Shown here in pieces: positions 26,505-35,532 of a stretch of 64,000 nucleotides of DNA; position 1 is the first letter of the stretch, and each line of letters starts with the position of its first letter. Source of the stretch: a virus. The position numbers were made by a program, and so were the translations under genes. Where the stretch lies: positions 31,468 through 95,467 of the IMG/VR virus record IMGVR_UViG_3300042516_001671. One strand, given 5' to 3'. The notes under the pieces were generated by a model that saw only the letters and a list, made by a program, of their open reading frames with translations, did not search any database and was not told the origin of the DNA.

Positions 26505-28021
26505 GCAAACCCCTTGGACAACGAGGCGTACCAGAAACCCGTGGAACTCAGGTATGTGGCGACCAACAAATCAACCGAATTTGCCGCTGTGCTAAGCGTC
26601 CCCGCAAGGCCCCCCGGCCACTTAAAGCTTGTCGGCCATGTCATTGTACGGCTGCCTGTCGCATCCTGAGTAATGAACCAGTTGATGGTCTGGCCGTTCC
26701 GTGGGTTGCTGATGGTCGGTGCGGTCGTGACGTTGGCGGTGAATGTGGTGGCAAACACATTGGACAAAGCACAATCCACCGTCATGGCCGTTGCGCTAAA
26801 TGTCACTGTGACCGGCGTAGTCTGGGCACCTCCGGTAAACGTAGTCGCGCCTAAAGTTGGCGCTGTTGCCAGCACAATGCTGCCCGAACCTGTTACGTTT
26901 TGACCCAGCGCCGTTGCTACGCCGGTTCCAAATGAGGTAATGCCCGTGCCGCCGCTGGCTACAGCCAAAGTCCCTGCAACGCTCACCGCGCCGTTTGTGG
27001 CTGTGCTAGGGGTTAGCCCGGTCGAACCAAAGCTGATTGTGGTGACGCCGCTTGCGGCAGGGGCCGTGCTCTGCCAAGTAGTGCCATTGCTGGTCAGGAT
27101 ATTGCCCGCTGTCCCAGGAGCTACCACTTGAAGCGCCGAGGTGCCGTTGCCTAGCAGGACGTTGTTCGCCGTCAGAGAAACTGCGCCTGTGCCGCCGTTG
27201 GCTACAGGCAGAGTGCCGGAGACATGTGTGGCGAGGCCCACTTTGCCCCAGGACGGAGCGACACCAATACCACCAGAGATCAAAACATTGCCCGTGGCTA
27301 CATCGGCCAGCTTGGCAAGCGAGGTAGTGGTGTCTGCGTAGAGAAGATCCCCGACCGCGTAGCTGGTCTGTCCAGTGCCCCCCCGGGCCGCAGGCAATGT
27401 TCCAGTTGTGCCAGCATCAATCGGCAAACCCGTCGCATTTGTCAACGTCACTGCCGAAGGCGTGCCAAGATTGGGCGTGACAAGGATTGGAGACGTCGCC
27501 AGCACGTTGTTTCCCGTGCCGGTATTTGTGACGCTGACGATCTGCTTGTTCGCATCCAGTGCCAGTGCCGTCGATGCCGTCAGGGCAGTAAGAGTCACAT
27601 TGCCCGAAGCCGTCAGGTCCACCACCGCCCCGAGCGTGACGAAGTCCGACCCGTTCCACGCCACCACCGCCATGCGCCCTGCGGGCACCACCACACCCGT
27701 CGTAGGGCCCACGCCGACGATCTTGACCCCGAAGCCCCCAGTGGTGCCGTTGATGACCACGTATGCCTTGCTGGACGCCGGAGCCGTGATGGTGCGCTGC
27801 GCAGCCCGGGAGCCCGTGCAGTTGAGGATCATCTGCCTCGCCTGATCCGTCACCCCATTGGCTGTCGTCAACGTGACGTCAGCGTCGGTGGATAGGGTCG
27901 TCGTCCCAGCAATCGCCTGATCCGTCAGGTCGATCATCCCGTTGCTGACGGTGGACCCCCAGCCCGTATCCCCCAGGCCAGGGTTAGAGAGGCGGAGGTT
28001 GGTGGTGAAGCTGGTTGGCAT
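26501..28021 (-). CDS. Tail fibre protein
   Basis: LPVANGGTG-type repeats; C-terminal ITQDATGSRTMTWP. Confidence 0.8.
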   Translation of the reverse strand: MPTSFTTNLRLSNPGLGDTGWGSTVSNGMIDLTDQAIAGTTTLSTDADVTLTTANGVTDQARQMILNCTGSRAAQRTITAPASSKAYVVINGTTGGFGVKIVGVGPTTGVVVPAGRMAVVAWNGSDFVTLGAVVDLTASGNVTLTALTASTALALDANKQIVSVTNTGTGNNVLATSPILVTPNLGTPSAVTLTNATGLPIDAGTTGTLPAARGGTGQTSYAVGDLLYADTTTSLAKLADVATGNVLISGGIGVAPSWGKVGLATHVSGTLPVANGGTGAVSLTANNVLLGNGTSALQVVAPGTAGNILTSNGTTWQSTAPAASGVTTISFGSTGLTPSTATNGAVSVAGTLAVASGGTGITSFGTGVATALGQNVTGSGSIVLATAPTLGATTFTGGAQTTPVTVTFSATAMTVDCALSNVFATTFTANVTTAPTISNPRNGQTINWFITQDATGSRTMTWPTSFKWPGGLAGTLSTAANSVDLLVATYLSSTGFWYASLSKGFA

Positions 28022-28030
28022 AGGCGCCTC

Positions 28031-31000
28031 TCAAGTTTGAATCTGAACCCAGCCAGGGTTTTGAAAATCGTTGATGTCGGTCCAGTTTGGAACCTGCGTC
28101 GTCACCACGTTCTGCCAGCCGGGGCTCTGCGTTGAGTTCACTTCGACCCAGCCCGGAGCCTGCGCGTTCTGGACATTCTGCCAGTTCGGACTCTGGCTGT
28201 CATCTATTGGGTTCCAGAGGTAGCCGCCGACCACAAGGTCAGCAATCGTCCCGGAAGCACTGAAGGAGACGTTGAAGATCGACCCGGCTGCATCAACAGC
28301 ATCAAGACCCGAGGCAAGCTCACTGAGCGAGACGTTGAAGATTGACGCCGCTACAGAAGGCGTGTCCAAGACCGAGGCCGTTTCGCTGACCGAGGAGACA
28401 AAGATCACCAGGGCACTAAGCGCATCCGTGCCTGTTGCAAGCTCTGAGACCGCCGTGGCAAAGATCATCTGCGCGGCCAGCGCGTCGGCTGCTGTGGCCG
28501 TGTCAGAGAAGGACGCTGGGAGTACCAAGGAGGCCGCAGGAGCGTCTGAAAGCGTTGCAGCATCACTCAGGGACACGCCGAAGGTTGAAGCGGCCACAGC
28601 GGGCGTATCCTGGCCCGTTGCAAGCTCAGAGACCGACGGATTAAAGATGGATGCGGCCACCGCGAACGCATCTAGGCCGCTCGCAAGCTCGGACACTGCC
28701 GTGGCAAATACCATTTGAGCGGATAGCGCATCTGAGCCCGTTGCCGTGTCGGAGAAGGCTACCGGGAAGATCGACGCGGCGGACAGCGCGTCGGAGCCCG
28801 TGGCGGTGTCGGAGAAGGATGGGTTAAACGTTGATGCGGCAACCGCCGGCACATCAGAGGCTGTGACGGTGTCGGAGAACAGCCCCTGCATTACAAGGAC
28901 GGCTGAAGCTGTGTCGGCCCCCGTAGCCGATTCAAAAACCGCTGCTGGGGCCGTCAGCAAAGCGACAGCGGTGTCTTGGCCGGCAGCGAGTTCGCTGACA
29001 AGAGCCCCGAAGGTAGAGGCCGCAACAGCAACCGCATCTGAGCCCGTGGACGTTTCGGCTATGGCAGCACTAAAGACAGCGATTGCAGCAAGCGCGTCTG
29101 CGCCCGTGGCAGATTCAAAAATGTCTCTCGTGTAAATCAGGCTTCCGGCAATGCTGTCTGACGCTGTGACGGTGTCAGAGAAATCACAGCTATACAGCAG
29201 CCCGCCCAAAATGGTATCCGAGGCAGTGGCGGTATCGGAAACAGATGCGTTTAACGTGAGCGTGGTGGCAGCGGCATCCGAGCCTGTTGCTGTGTCAGAG
29301 AAAGAGACATTGAATGTTGTACCGCCCGGGGCGGCAAAGATCCAGCCCAGCGAGCCGTTGTTGGTTGAGTTCGCCCCGGCGTACCATGTGCTGTCAAGGT
29401 TATAGGCACGAACCCCAGTGATAGTCAGATAGTCAACGCTGGCAGCCTGCCCGCCGCCCGTGAAGACCAGCGTTCCAGGAGAGGAAGCTGATGTTCCTTG
29501 GACGGTGAGGATGTTGCCAGCAGTGCCAGAGGCAGTCCACGATGTTGTAATGCGCTGGGTGGTGGTGCCAATGTTAATGGTGTTGGCACCGGCGGCAGTG
29601 CTGCTGATAATCTTGAAGGTGTTGTTGCCACTGATGGTGAGCGTGCCGTTGCCGCCTTGGTTCAGGGTGATGTTGGTGTAGGCTATGTCGCCGCCAGCGA
29701 AGGTCTTGGCAGATGCTGAGGTGAGGCTGATGGTGCCGGTGCCGGTGACGGTGAGGTTGGTGGGGGTGGCTGTGAATACAGCGCCAGAACCAGCAAAAGT
29801 CCAAGTACCAGAACCAAAAGCAAGGGTTCTTATATTCTGAGAAGTAGAATCAAAATTTGAACCGCTTGTTGTGGTGAAGTTATATGTGTTAGCGTCTAGT
29901 GTCCCAGCAGAAAGTGTCAGATTAGCTCCGGTTGAAGTGACAAATGCATCTTGCAAAGTAACCGATCCGCTTGGGCTGTTAATTGTAAATCCCTGTGTGA
30001 AAGTCCTGCCGGCATTTGTAATAGTCTGACCACCGCGCCCAGCAAACGTAATCGTTCCCGTACCAGTCAGCGTCGTCCCTGTACCGTTGACCCAGTTTCC
30101 ATAAATAGCAGGCGTCGTAGACCCTGTCGCCAGCGTCATCGTATTCGTCGTCCTAGCCGACATGTCGATGGTGCCGATGTTGTAGGACTGGTTGATGGTG
30201 ACAGTGGCGCCGCTGTTCAGCCCTGTGGCTTCAAAGAAGCAGGTGTCCTGCGCCAATGGGAAGTTGTTTACAGCAGGTGCATCACCACTGTTGAGCGCCC
30301 AGCCTGTCGCAGACCAATTGCCGCCAGCAGCAAGGTTCCAATACTTGTGGGCAGCGGCTGTAAACGTGATGCCGCTGTTGCCCTTGCAGTCGCCAATGCG
30401 CGTACCGGAGGCTGGCGCAGCAGCACCAGCGATGGTGATGTCGCGGAAGTCAACGTCGGTCATTGACAAGGCGTTAGCCGTAATGGTGCGGGTGGTGCCG
30501 ATGGTGTCGCTGCGGCAGAAGTGCCGCATGGTGGCGTTGGTGCCTGCGGAGAAGGTGAGTGTGCCTGTGACGGTTTGGTTGGCGGATAAAATAACAGGTC
30601 TGCACCCGCTAGCAGTTAACCCAGAAAAAGACAGGTTGTTAAAACTGTTTGTGCCGTTAATAGTTCTGTCAACTGGATTGGTTTGAGTAAAACTAACGTT
30701 GTAAAAGGTCTGATTGTTGCCGGAAAAGTTGGGGCCAATTGCAGATATATTTATTTGCGAAGTTCCTGCCGTGACGGTGAGATTGGCTCGGCTCGTTTCG
30801 GTTGTACCAAAATTGATTGGCGTAGACCCAGATAGAGTAGCCGTCCCTGCACCAAAATCAATTGTTCTGGAATTTGCGCTACTAGAACTTATTGACAACC
30901 CTGTATAGTTGTAATTTGCAAAACTGAACGTTCCGTTGGTAACGGTTATTCCATTTGATGCTCCTGTATCCAATGCAGAACCCAAGCTCCACGAGCAATC

Positions 31001-34000
31001 TACGCCATTGACGGTAATGGAAGATGCCAGCGCAACCCCGTTCGTCGTAAACGTCAGCCCGGTGGAATTGCTCGACAGCGTCATCGCCCCCGTATACGTC
31101 CGAGTCAGCCCCGTCGCGGGCAGCGTCACATTGCCATGGATACCGTCCATTGCCGTAGAACCCGCCAACGTCACATTCCCCGACGCCGGTCCAGCAATGG
31201 TCAACGCCTTCATCCTGATGCCGCCTGTAACAGCGTTCACTGTGGCTGTGTAGGCTGTCCCATTGCTGCCTGAATCAAACACAACATCATCGTGGCTGCG
31301 CGGCACAGAAGCTCCGCTGCCTGTTCCAGATGTCGTAGACCAGCGTGCTGTGTCGCTCCAGTTGCCTGTGCCACCAACCCAATAGCGCGTGCTGTCAGCA
31401 GGCTTGGCTGTGCGATAGACAGGCGCTGCGGCCGTGCCGGTGCTGTTGGCACCAGCGTAGAACTCACCAGGGCTTGTGGCAGCAAAGCCAATGCTTCCCA
31501 TAGCAAGGTAGTCAATGCCGCTGGTGCAGGCTCCTGCGAGGATGTGGGAGGTTCCAGTGCCGGTCAGAGTGACGACGTTTCCAGCAGTGCCAGTCACTGT
31601 CCACTTGCCGAAAATCTGGATGGTAGAGCCTAGAGCAATGGTGTGCGCTACGGTCTTAGTGCTGGCGAGTTCGGTGAATTGATTGTTGCCGGTTATGGTT
31701 GTAGTTGATATGCCGGTTGCACCGCCAATAGTGAGTTTGTTATAGGAAAAGCTCTCGCCTGCAAACTGCCTGGAATTTGTAGACGTACTAGAGAGAACAA
31801 TATCTGCTGTATCTTTATAAAAAGTTATTCCTGAAATTCTCCACACATTAGTCTCTTGGCTGGAATAGGTGAGTGTCCAAGTACCTGAACCCATTCTCAC
31901 AACCAGACTCGTGTCTCCACTTGCCTGAAAGGCTCCAATCGTTACATTGTAAGTTTTTGCGTTAAATTGTCCGTATAAAACCCTAAAAAGCACGCCACTA
32001 GTGAATGCGTCTTCTAACTCTATGTTCGCCCTTATAGAGTTAATTTGTACTGGAATCGGTATAGAGACTCCGTTGGTTTTAATATAGTTTGTTGCGTCGT
32101 ATGAGGAAATGTTTATAGTATTTGAATTACTGGTAATTGTTACACCTGAACCAAAGCGTAAATTTTTGAAGATATTAAATGTGATACTTACCGTTAGTGT
32201 CATAGCGGTTGTTCTAGAACCCATTTCTAGTGTTCCCAACCTAAACACGGCACTTGTAGAAACAGTGCCTGCTGAACCGGCGTCATCAAATACGGCAGTG
32301 TCTTGTGCTAATGGAAAATTATTTACATTCGGCGTACCACCACTGGAGGTTGCCCATCCCGTAGAGAAGAAAGTCTGTGTGCCGGCCAGATTCCAGTAAA
32401 GTGTTTTCGAAGCCGGGAAAACAATACCAGCGTTGTTTCCGCAATCCCCCGCGTTTGATGGGGCGGTATTGATGGCGGCTCCGGTCAGGTTAATCCCTTC
32501 AAAATCACAGTTATCGGCAAGCAGTGTATTGACAGACAGGTTGCACCTGTTGTTTGTAATATGTGGATTAACGTTTCTTATGGCATATCGGTTTCGAAGA
32601 CTTGTACCAACAACCTGAAACGTCCCTGTAATGGTGGCGTCCCCAGTAAAGTTTATCAGGTTTGTTCCGTCAACTCCCGGTGCCCTTAGTGTAAGGTTGG
32701 CAATTGTGCCGACATTTGTAAACGCGACAGATCTATTAGAAACCGAGGACGCGGCCGCGTTCGCTGTTATGTTATAAAACGTGAGCGGCAGACCACAGGT
32801 TATAGACAAGTTGGGGTCTTGCGGCAATACAATATTTGACGTTCCGGCATTAAATGTCAAGTTTGTGCTTGTATTAAAGGAGATGCCAACAGTCCCTGAT
32901 AAGGTAAAGGTGCTCGACCCAAGCGTGATCGTCCTGACGTTGCTGTTGTTGGACGACAACGAACTAGCAGTGACGTTGTAGTTCTTGGTGTCGAACGTGC
33001 CGTTGGTGACGGTGAGTGCGCCTGTGCCCGTATTTAAGGCGTCGGCTAATTCGACCGATCCACCATAGGTATCGATGATCAAATCCTGAGCAAACGCTTT
33101 TCCGGCGCTTGTAATCGTCTGAGTGTTCCGTCCGGAAAAGGTCAGAGAACTTGAATACGTCCTTGTAACGCTACTTCCAAACTTCCAATCCCCGTAAACC
33201 GTATATGCCGTTGATCCCGCCAGCGTCATCGCATTTGTCCGCGTAGACATATCAATGGTGCCGAGAGACGGAAGAGCCGAGTCCAGCGTCACCGTAGCCG
33301 ACGTATTCAGACCAGTGTTACCAATGACAGCCGTGTCCTGAGCAAGCGGGAAGTTGTCTGTACTGACCCCGCCACCGGACGACGCAGCCCAAGCGTTTGC
33401 AGACCAGTTTCCACCTGCGGCAAGGTTCCAATAGACGGATTTAGGCGTGTCAAAGGTGATGCCTCTGCATCCCCTGAGGTCGCCTATCCTGGTGCCGCTG
33501 ATGGGCGCTGCTGTGCCGATGACGTAGATGTCTCTGAAGTCTGCGTCGGTCAGGCTTGGGGCGCTGTTGATGGTGAGGGTTTGGGCGATGCCATAGAGGT
33601 CGCCACGGAACCAGACGCGGCGGTTGCCTGCGGTGCCTGTGGTGGATAGGGTGCCGTTGATGGTTTGACGGGATCTGAAAGATATGGTGCGAACGCCAGC
33701 AGATGCCGGCCCAGTGACGGTTAAGTTATTGAAAATGTTAGCACCAAGAATTACACTTACTATTGCGCCTGTTCCTGTAAATGAAAAATTATTAAATGTT
33801 AACCCTGTTTGAATAACAATGTCACAAAAAGCTGAGGACGTTGTACATACAATAACTGAAGTCCCGGCATTAAATGTAAGATTTGTTTGTACTGATATAC
33901 TTATTGGAACAGAGCCTTGAAGTGTTACTGTGCTTCCATTCAAACTTATTGTTCTTGTATTTGCATTGCTGGACGAAAGTGCTCCTGCCGTAACAGAATA

Positions 34001-34453
34001 ATTGCTTGCTGATGTCGTGAACGTTCCCTGCGTGACGGTCAGCGTGTTGCTGCCAATATTCAGCGCATCCCCAAGCGTCACAGTGATGCCGCTGCCGCTA
34101 ATGGTCACAGAACCAAGCGTCTTGCCTGCGCTGGTCAGCGTGCCTGTAGCGTTGAACGTGGTAGTACCGGCATAGGTCAGCGTCATGCCAGCGACAAGCG
34201 TCAGAGAGCCTGAGATCGTCAGCGCAGGCGTGGCCGTCCCAGCCAGCGTGGCGGTATAGCCGGTACAGTTGATGGACTTGGCAACGCGGGAACCGGAGAT
34301 GGTGCAGGTTAACGATGTGCCGTCAAAGAACACATCGTCTGCCGCCGTAGGCACAGCAGCACCACCGGCCCCACCTACCGTAGCCGCCCACTTGGTGCCT
34401 GCTGTACCGTCCCAAACGTCGGTTGCAAGGCCGCGCCAGAAGCGATCTGCCAC
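28031..34453 (-). CDS. Giant repeat-rich tail fibre / adhesin-like virion protein
   Basis: 2140 aa, Thr/Gly/Ser-rich; five YW...W...P...D modules; C-terminal SDTATGSD-type repeats. Confidence 0.85.
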   Translation of the reverse strand: MADRFWRGLATDVWDGTAGTKWAATVGGAGGAAVPTAADDVFFDGTSLTCTISGSRVAKSINCTGYTATLAGTATPALTISGSLTLVAGMTLTYAGTTTFNATGTLTSAGKTLGSVTISGSGITVTLGDALNIGSNTLTVTQGTFTTSASNYSVTAGALSSSNANTRTISLNGSTVTLQGSVPISISVQTNLTFNAGTSVIVCTTSSAFCDIVIQTGLTFNNFSFTGTGAIVSVILGANIFNNLTVTGPASAGVRTISFRSRQTINGTLSTTGTAGNRRVWFRGDLYGIAQTLTINSAPSLTDADFRDIYVIGTAAPISGTRIGDLRGCRGITFDTPKSVYWNLAAGGNWSANAWAASSGGGVSTDNFPLAQDTAVIGNTGLNTSATVTLDSALPSLGTIDMSTRTNAMTLAGSTAYTVYGDWKFGSSVTRTYSSSLTFSGRNTQTITSAGKAFAQDLIIDTYGGSVELADALNTGTGALTVTNGTFDTKNYNVTASSLSSNNSNVRTITLGSSTFTLSGTVGISFNTSTNLTFNAGTSNIVLPQDPNLSITCGLPLTFYNITANAAASSVSNRSVAFTNVGTIANLTLRAPGVDGTNLINFTGDATITGTFQVVGTSLRNRYAIRNVNPHITNNRCNLSVNTLLADNCDFEGINLTGAAINTAPSNAGDCGNNAGIVFPASKTLYWNLAGTQTFFSTGWATSSGGTPNVNNFPLAQDTAVFDDAGSAGTVSTSAVFRLGTLEMGSRTTAMTLTVSITFNIFKNLRFGSGVTITSNSNTINISSYDATNYIKTNGVSIPIPVQINSIRANIELEDAFTSGVLFRVLYGQFNAKTYNVTIGAFQASGDTSLVVRMGSGTWTLTYSSQETNVWRISGITFYKDTADIVLSSTSTNSRQFAGESFSYNKLTIGGATGISTTTITGNNQFTELASTKTVAHTIALGSTIQIFGKWTVTGTAGNVVTLTGTGTSHILAGACTSGIDYLAMGSIGFAATSPGEFYAGANSTGTAAAPVYRTAKPADSTRYWVGGTGNWSDTARWSTTSGTGSGASVPRSHDDVVFDSGSNGTAYTATVNAVTGGIRMKALTIAGPASGNVTLAGSTAMDGIHGNVTLPATGLTRTYTGAMTLSSNSTGLTFTTNGVALASSITVNGVDCSWSLGSALDTGASNGITVTNGTFSFANYNYTGLSISSSSANSRTIDFGAGTATLSGSTPINFGTTETSRANLTVTAGTSQINISAIGPNFSGNNQTFYNVSFTQTNPVDRTINGTNSFNNLSFSGLTASGCRPVILSANQTVTGTLTFSAGTNATMRHFCRSDTIGTTRTITANALSMTDVDFRDITIAGAAAPASGTRIGDCKGNSGITFTAAAHKYWNLAAGGNWSATGWALNSGDAPAVNNFPLAQDTCFFEATGLNSGATVTINQSYNIGTIDMSARTTNTMTLATGSTTPAIYGNWVNGTGTTLTGTGTITFAGRGGQTITNAGRTFTQGFTINSPSGSVTLQDAFVTSTGANLTLSAGTLDANTYNFTTTSGSNFDSTSQNIRTLAFGSGTWTFAGSGAVFTATPTNLTVTGTGTISLTSASAKTFAGGDIAYTNITLNQGGNGTLTISGNNTFKIISSTAAGANTINIGTTTQRITTSWTASGTAGNILTVQGTSASSPGTLVFTGGGQAASVDYLTITGVRAYNLDSTWYAGANSTNNGSLGWIFAAPGGTTFNVSFSDTATGSDAAATTLTLNASVSDTATASDTILGGLLYSCDFSDTVTASDSIAGSLIYTRDIFESATGADALAAIAVFSAAIAETSTGSDAVAVAASTFGALVSELAAGQDTAVALLTAPAAVFESATGADTASAVLVMQGLFSDTVTASDVPAVAASTFNPSFSDTATGSDALSAASIFPVAFSDTATGSDALSAQMVFATAVSELASGLDAFAVAASIFNPSVSELATGQDTPAVAASTFGVSLSDAATLSDAPAASLVLPASFSDTATAADALAAQMIFATAVSELATGTDALSALVIFVSSVSETASVLDTPSVAASIFNVSLSELASGLDAVDAAGSIFNVSFSASGTIADLVVGGYLWNPIDDSQSPNWQNVQNAQAPGWVEVNSTQSPGWQNVVTTQVPNWTDINDFQNPGWVQIQT

Positions 34454-34456
34454 CGT

Positions 34457-34735
34457 TTACACCTTGTAATACCAGACGCCCTCAACCTCAACGAGCTTGG
34501 CGCCGCTCGGAGGAACACCTTCCAGCTTCTGGTAGGTTTCGCCAGCAATGTCCAGCGTGGGCGTCTCAGGCTCTACAGGCGGGGCCGTAACGACAGCAAT
34601 CCAGTTGTCCCGCCGCTGCTCCTTCATGGCTTGGATCTCATCCTCCGTGAAGGCGTGATCATCCGGCAGATGCAAGGCATCCCGAAACACCCCGTGAGGG
34701 GTGTCAAACTCGAAGTCAATCTTGATCATGATCAA
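34457..34735 (-). CDS. Phage hypothetical protein (fibre-associated)
   Basis: Compact ORF in the operon. Confidence 0.7.
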   Translation of the reverse strand: MIMIKIDFEFDTPHGVFRDALHLPDDHAFTEDEIQAMKEQRRDNWIAVVTAPPVEPETPTLDIAGETYQKLEGVPPSGAKLVEVEGVWYYKV

Positions 34736-35160
34736 GCCAGCGTGAAGATTGCCCCAGGCGTGGTGTTCGAGAACTTGACGGTGAACGTCTCGCCGTCAGC
34801 CAGTGTGATGCTGCTGCCGTAGTCCCACCAAGCCACCAGCGCGTCTAGCGGAGACGTGGCGGAATCGTTGTAAAGCACAACGTAACGGAACGGGCCAACG
34901 CTGCCGCCGGACGCCGTAAACACCACCTCGGTGCCGTTTACCGTTGTGGTGCCGCTTGTTTCCGACAAAGAAATTGTCGTTGCCGTGCCGCCAGTGGTAT
35001 AGCCGTTGGTGCCGCTGATTTGTGTAATGTCGGCCAACACGGTGTTTGATGCTATTGGCGCAGAGTTGCTCAAGGCAACTTTAAACGTGTTTGCGCCAAA
35101 ATCATGGACACCTTCGACAAGCTGCTCAGAAAAGTCGTTAAACTTGTTGTACGACGCCAT
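34732..35160 (-). CDS. Virion structural protein
   Basis: AAGGA RBS; FKVALSN...GYTTGG...RYVVLYND...DYGSSITLADGETF. Confidence 0.75.
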   Translation of the reverse strand: MASYNKFNDFSEQLVEGVHDFGANTFKVALSNSAPIASNTVLADITQISGTNGYTTGGTATTISLSETSGTTTVNGTEVVFTASGGSVGPFRYVVLYNDSATSPLDALVAWWDYGSSITLADGETFTVKFSNTTPGAIFTLA

Positions 35161-35169
35161 GATATTCCT

Positions 35170-35532
35170 TTAAGCCAAAAACTTTAGCTTGTACAGGGTG
35201 CTGTAAAACAGCGCCAGTATCTCGTCGATGATGTTCTGCAGCGGCGTGCATTCCTTGTTCACCACTTTGAACCTGTCTTCCTCGATGGATTTCACCATGT
35301 CTTCGAGGAACTCGATGACGTTGTTCGTCTTGGTCGCGGACTGCAGCGCAATCGGGCCGATCAGGCCGTATTTGCCTTGGTACGCCTCGGCAAACGTGTC
35401 GGCCAGTTCGATTACCTCGGTGTAGAACTCGTTCAGCGCCTGATGCTTGGCGTACGAGCGGGTGTTCAGGTGCACCGAGTGCGCGACGTCGCGCGACAGG
35501 AACAGGCGGCCGATGAACACTTCGCACGTCAT
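35170..35532 (-). CDS. Ferritin/Dps-like four-helix protein (DUF5856-like)
   Basis: HSVHLNTRSYAKHQALNEFY...D.FAEAYQG.YG...TLYKLKFL. Confidence 0.75.
   Translation of the reverse strand: MTCEVFIGRLFLSRDVAHSVHLNTRSYAKHQALNEFYTEVIELADTFAEAYQGKYGLIGPIALQSATKTNNVIEFLEDMVKSIEEDRFKVVNKECTPLQNIIDEILALFYSTLYKLKFLA

Noticed and set aside
25488-34453. Diversity-generating retroelement or invertase-driven fibre switching
   Set aside because: No reverse transcriptase or recombinase gene, and no template/variable repeat pair with adenine-specific mismatches noticed.
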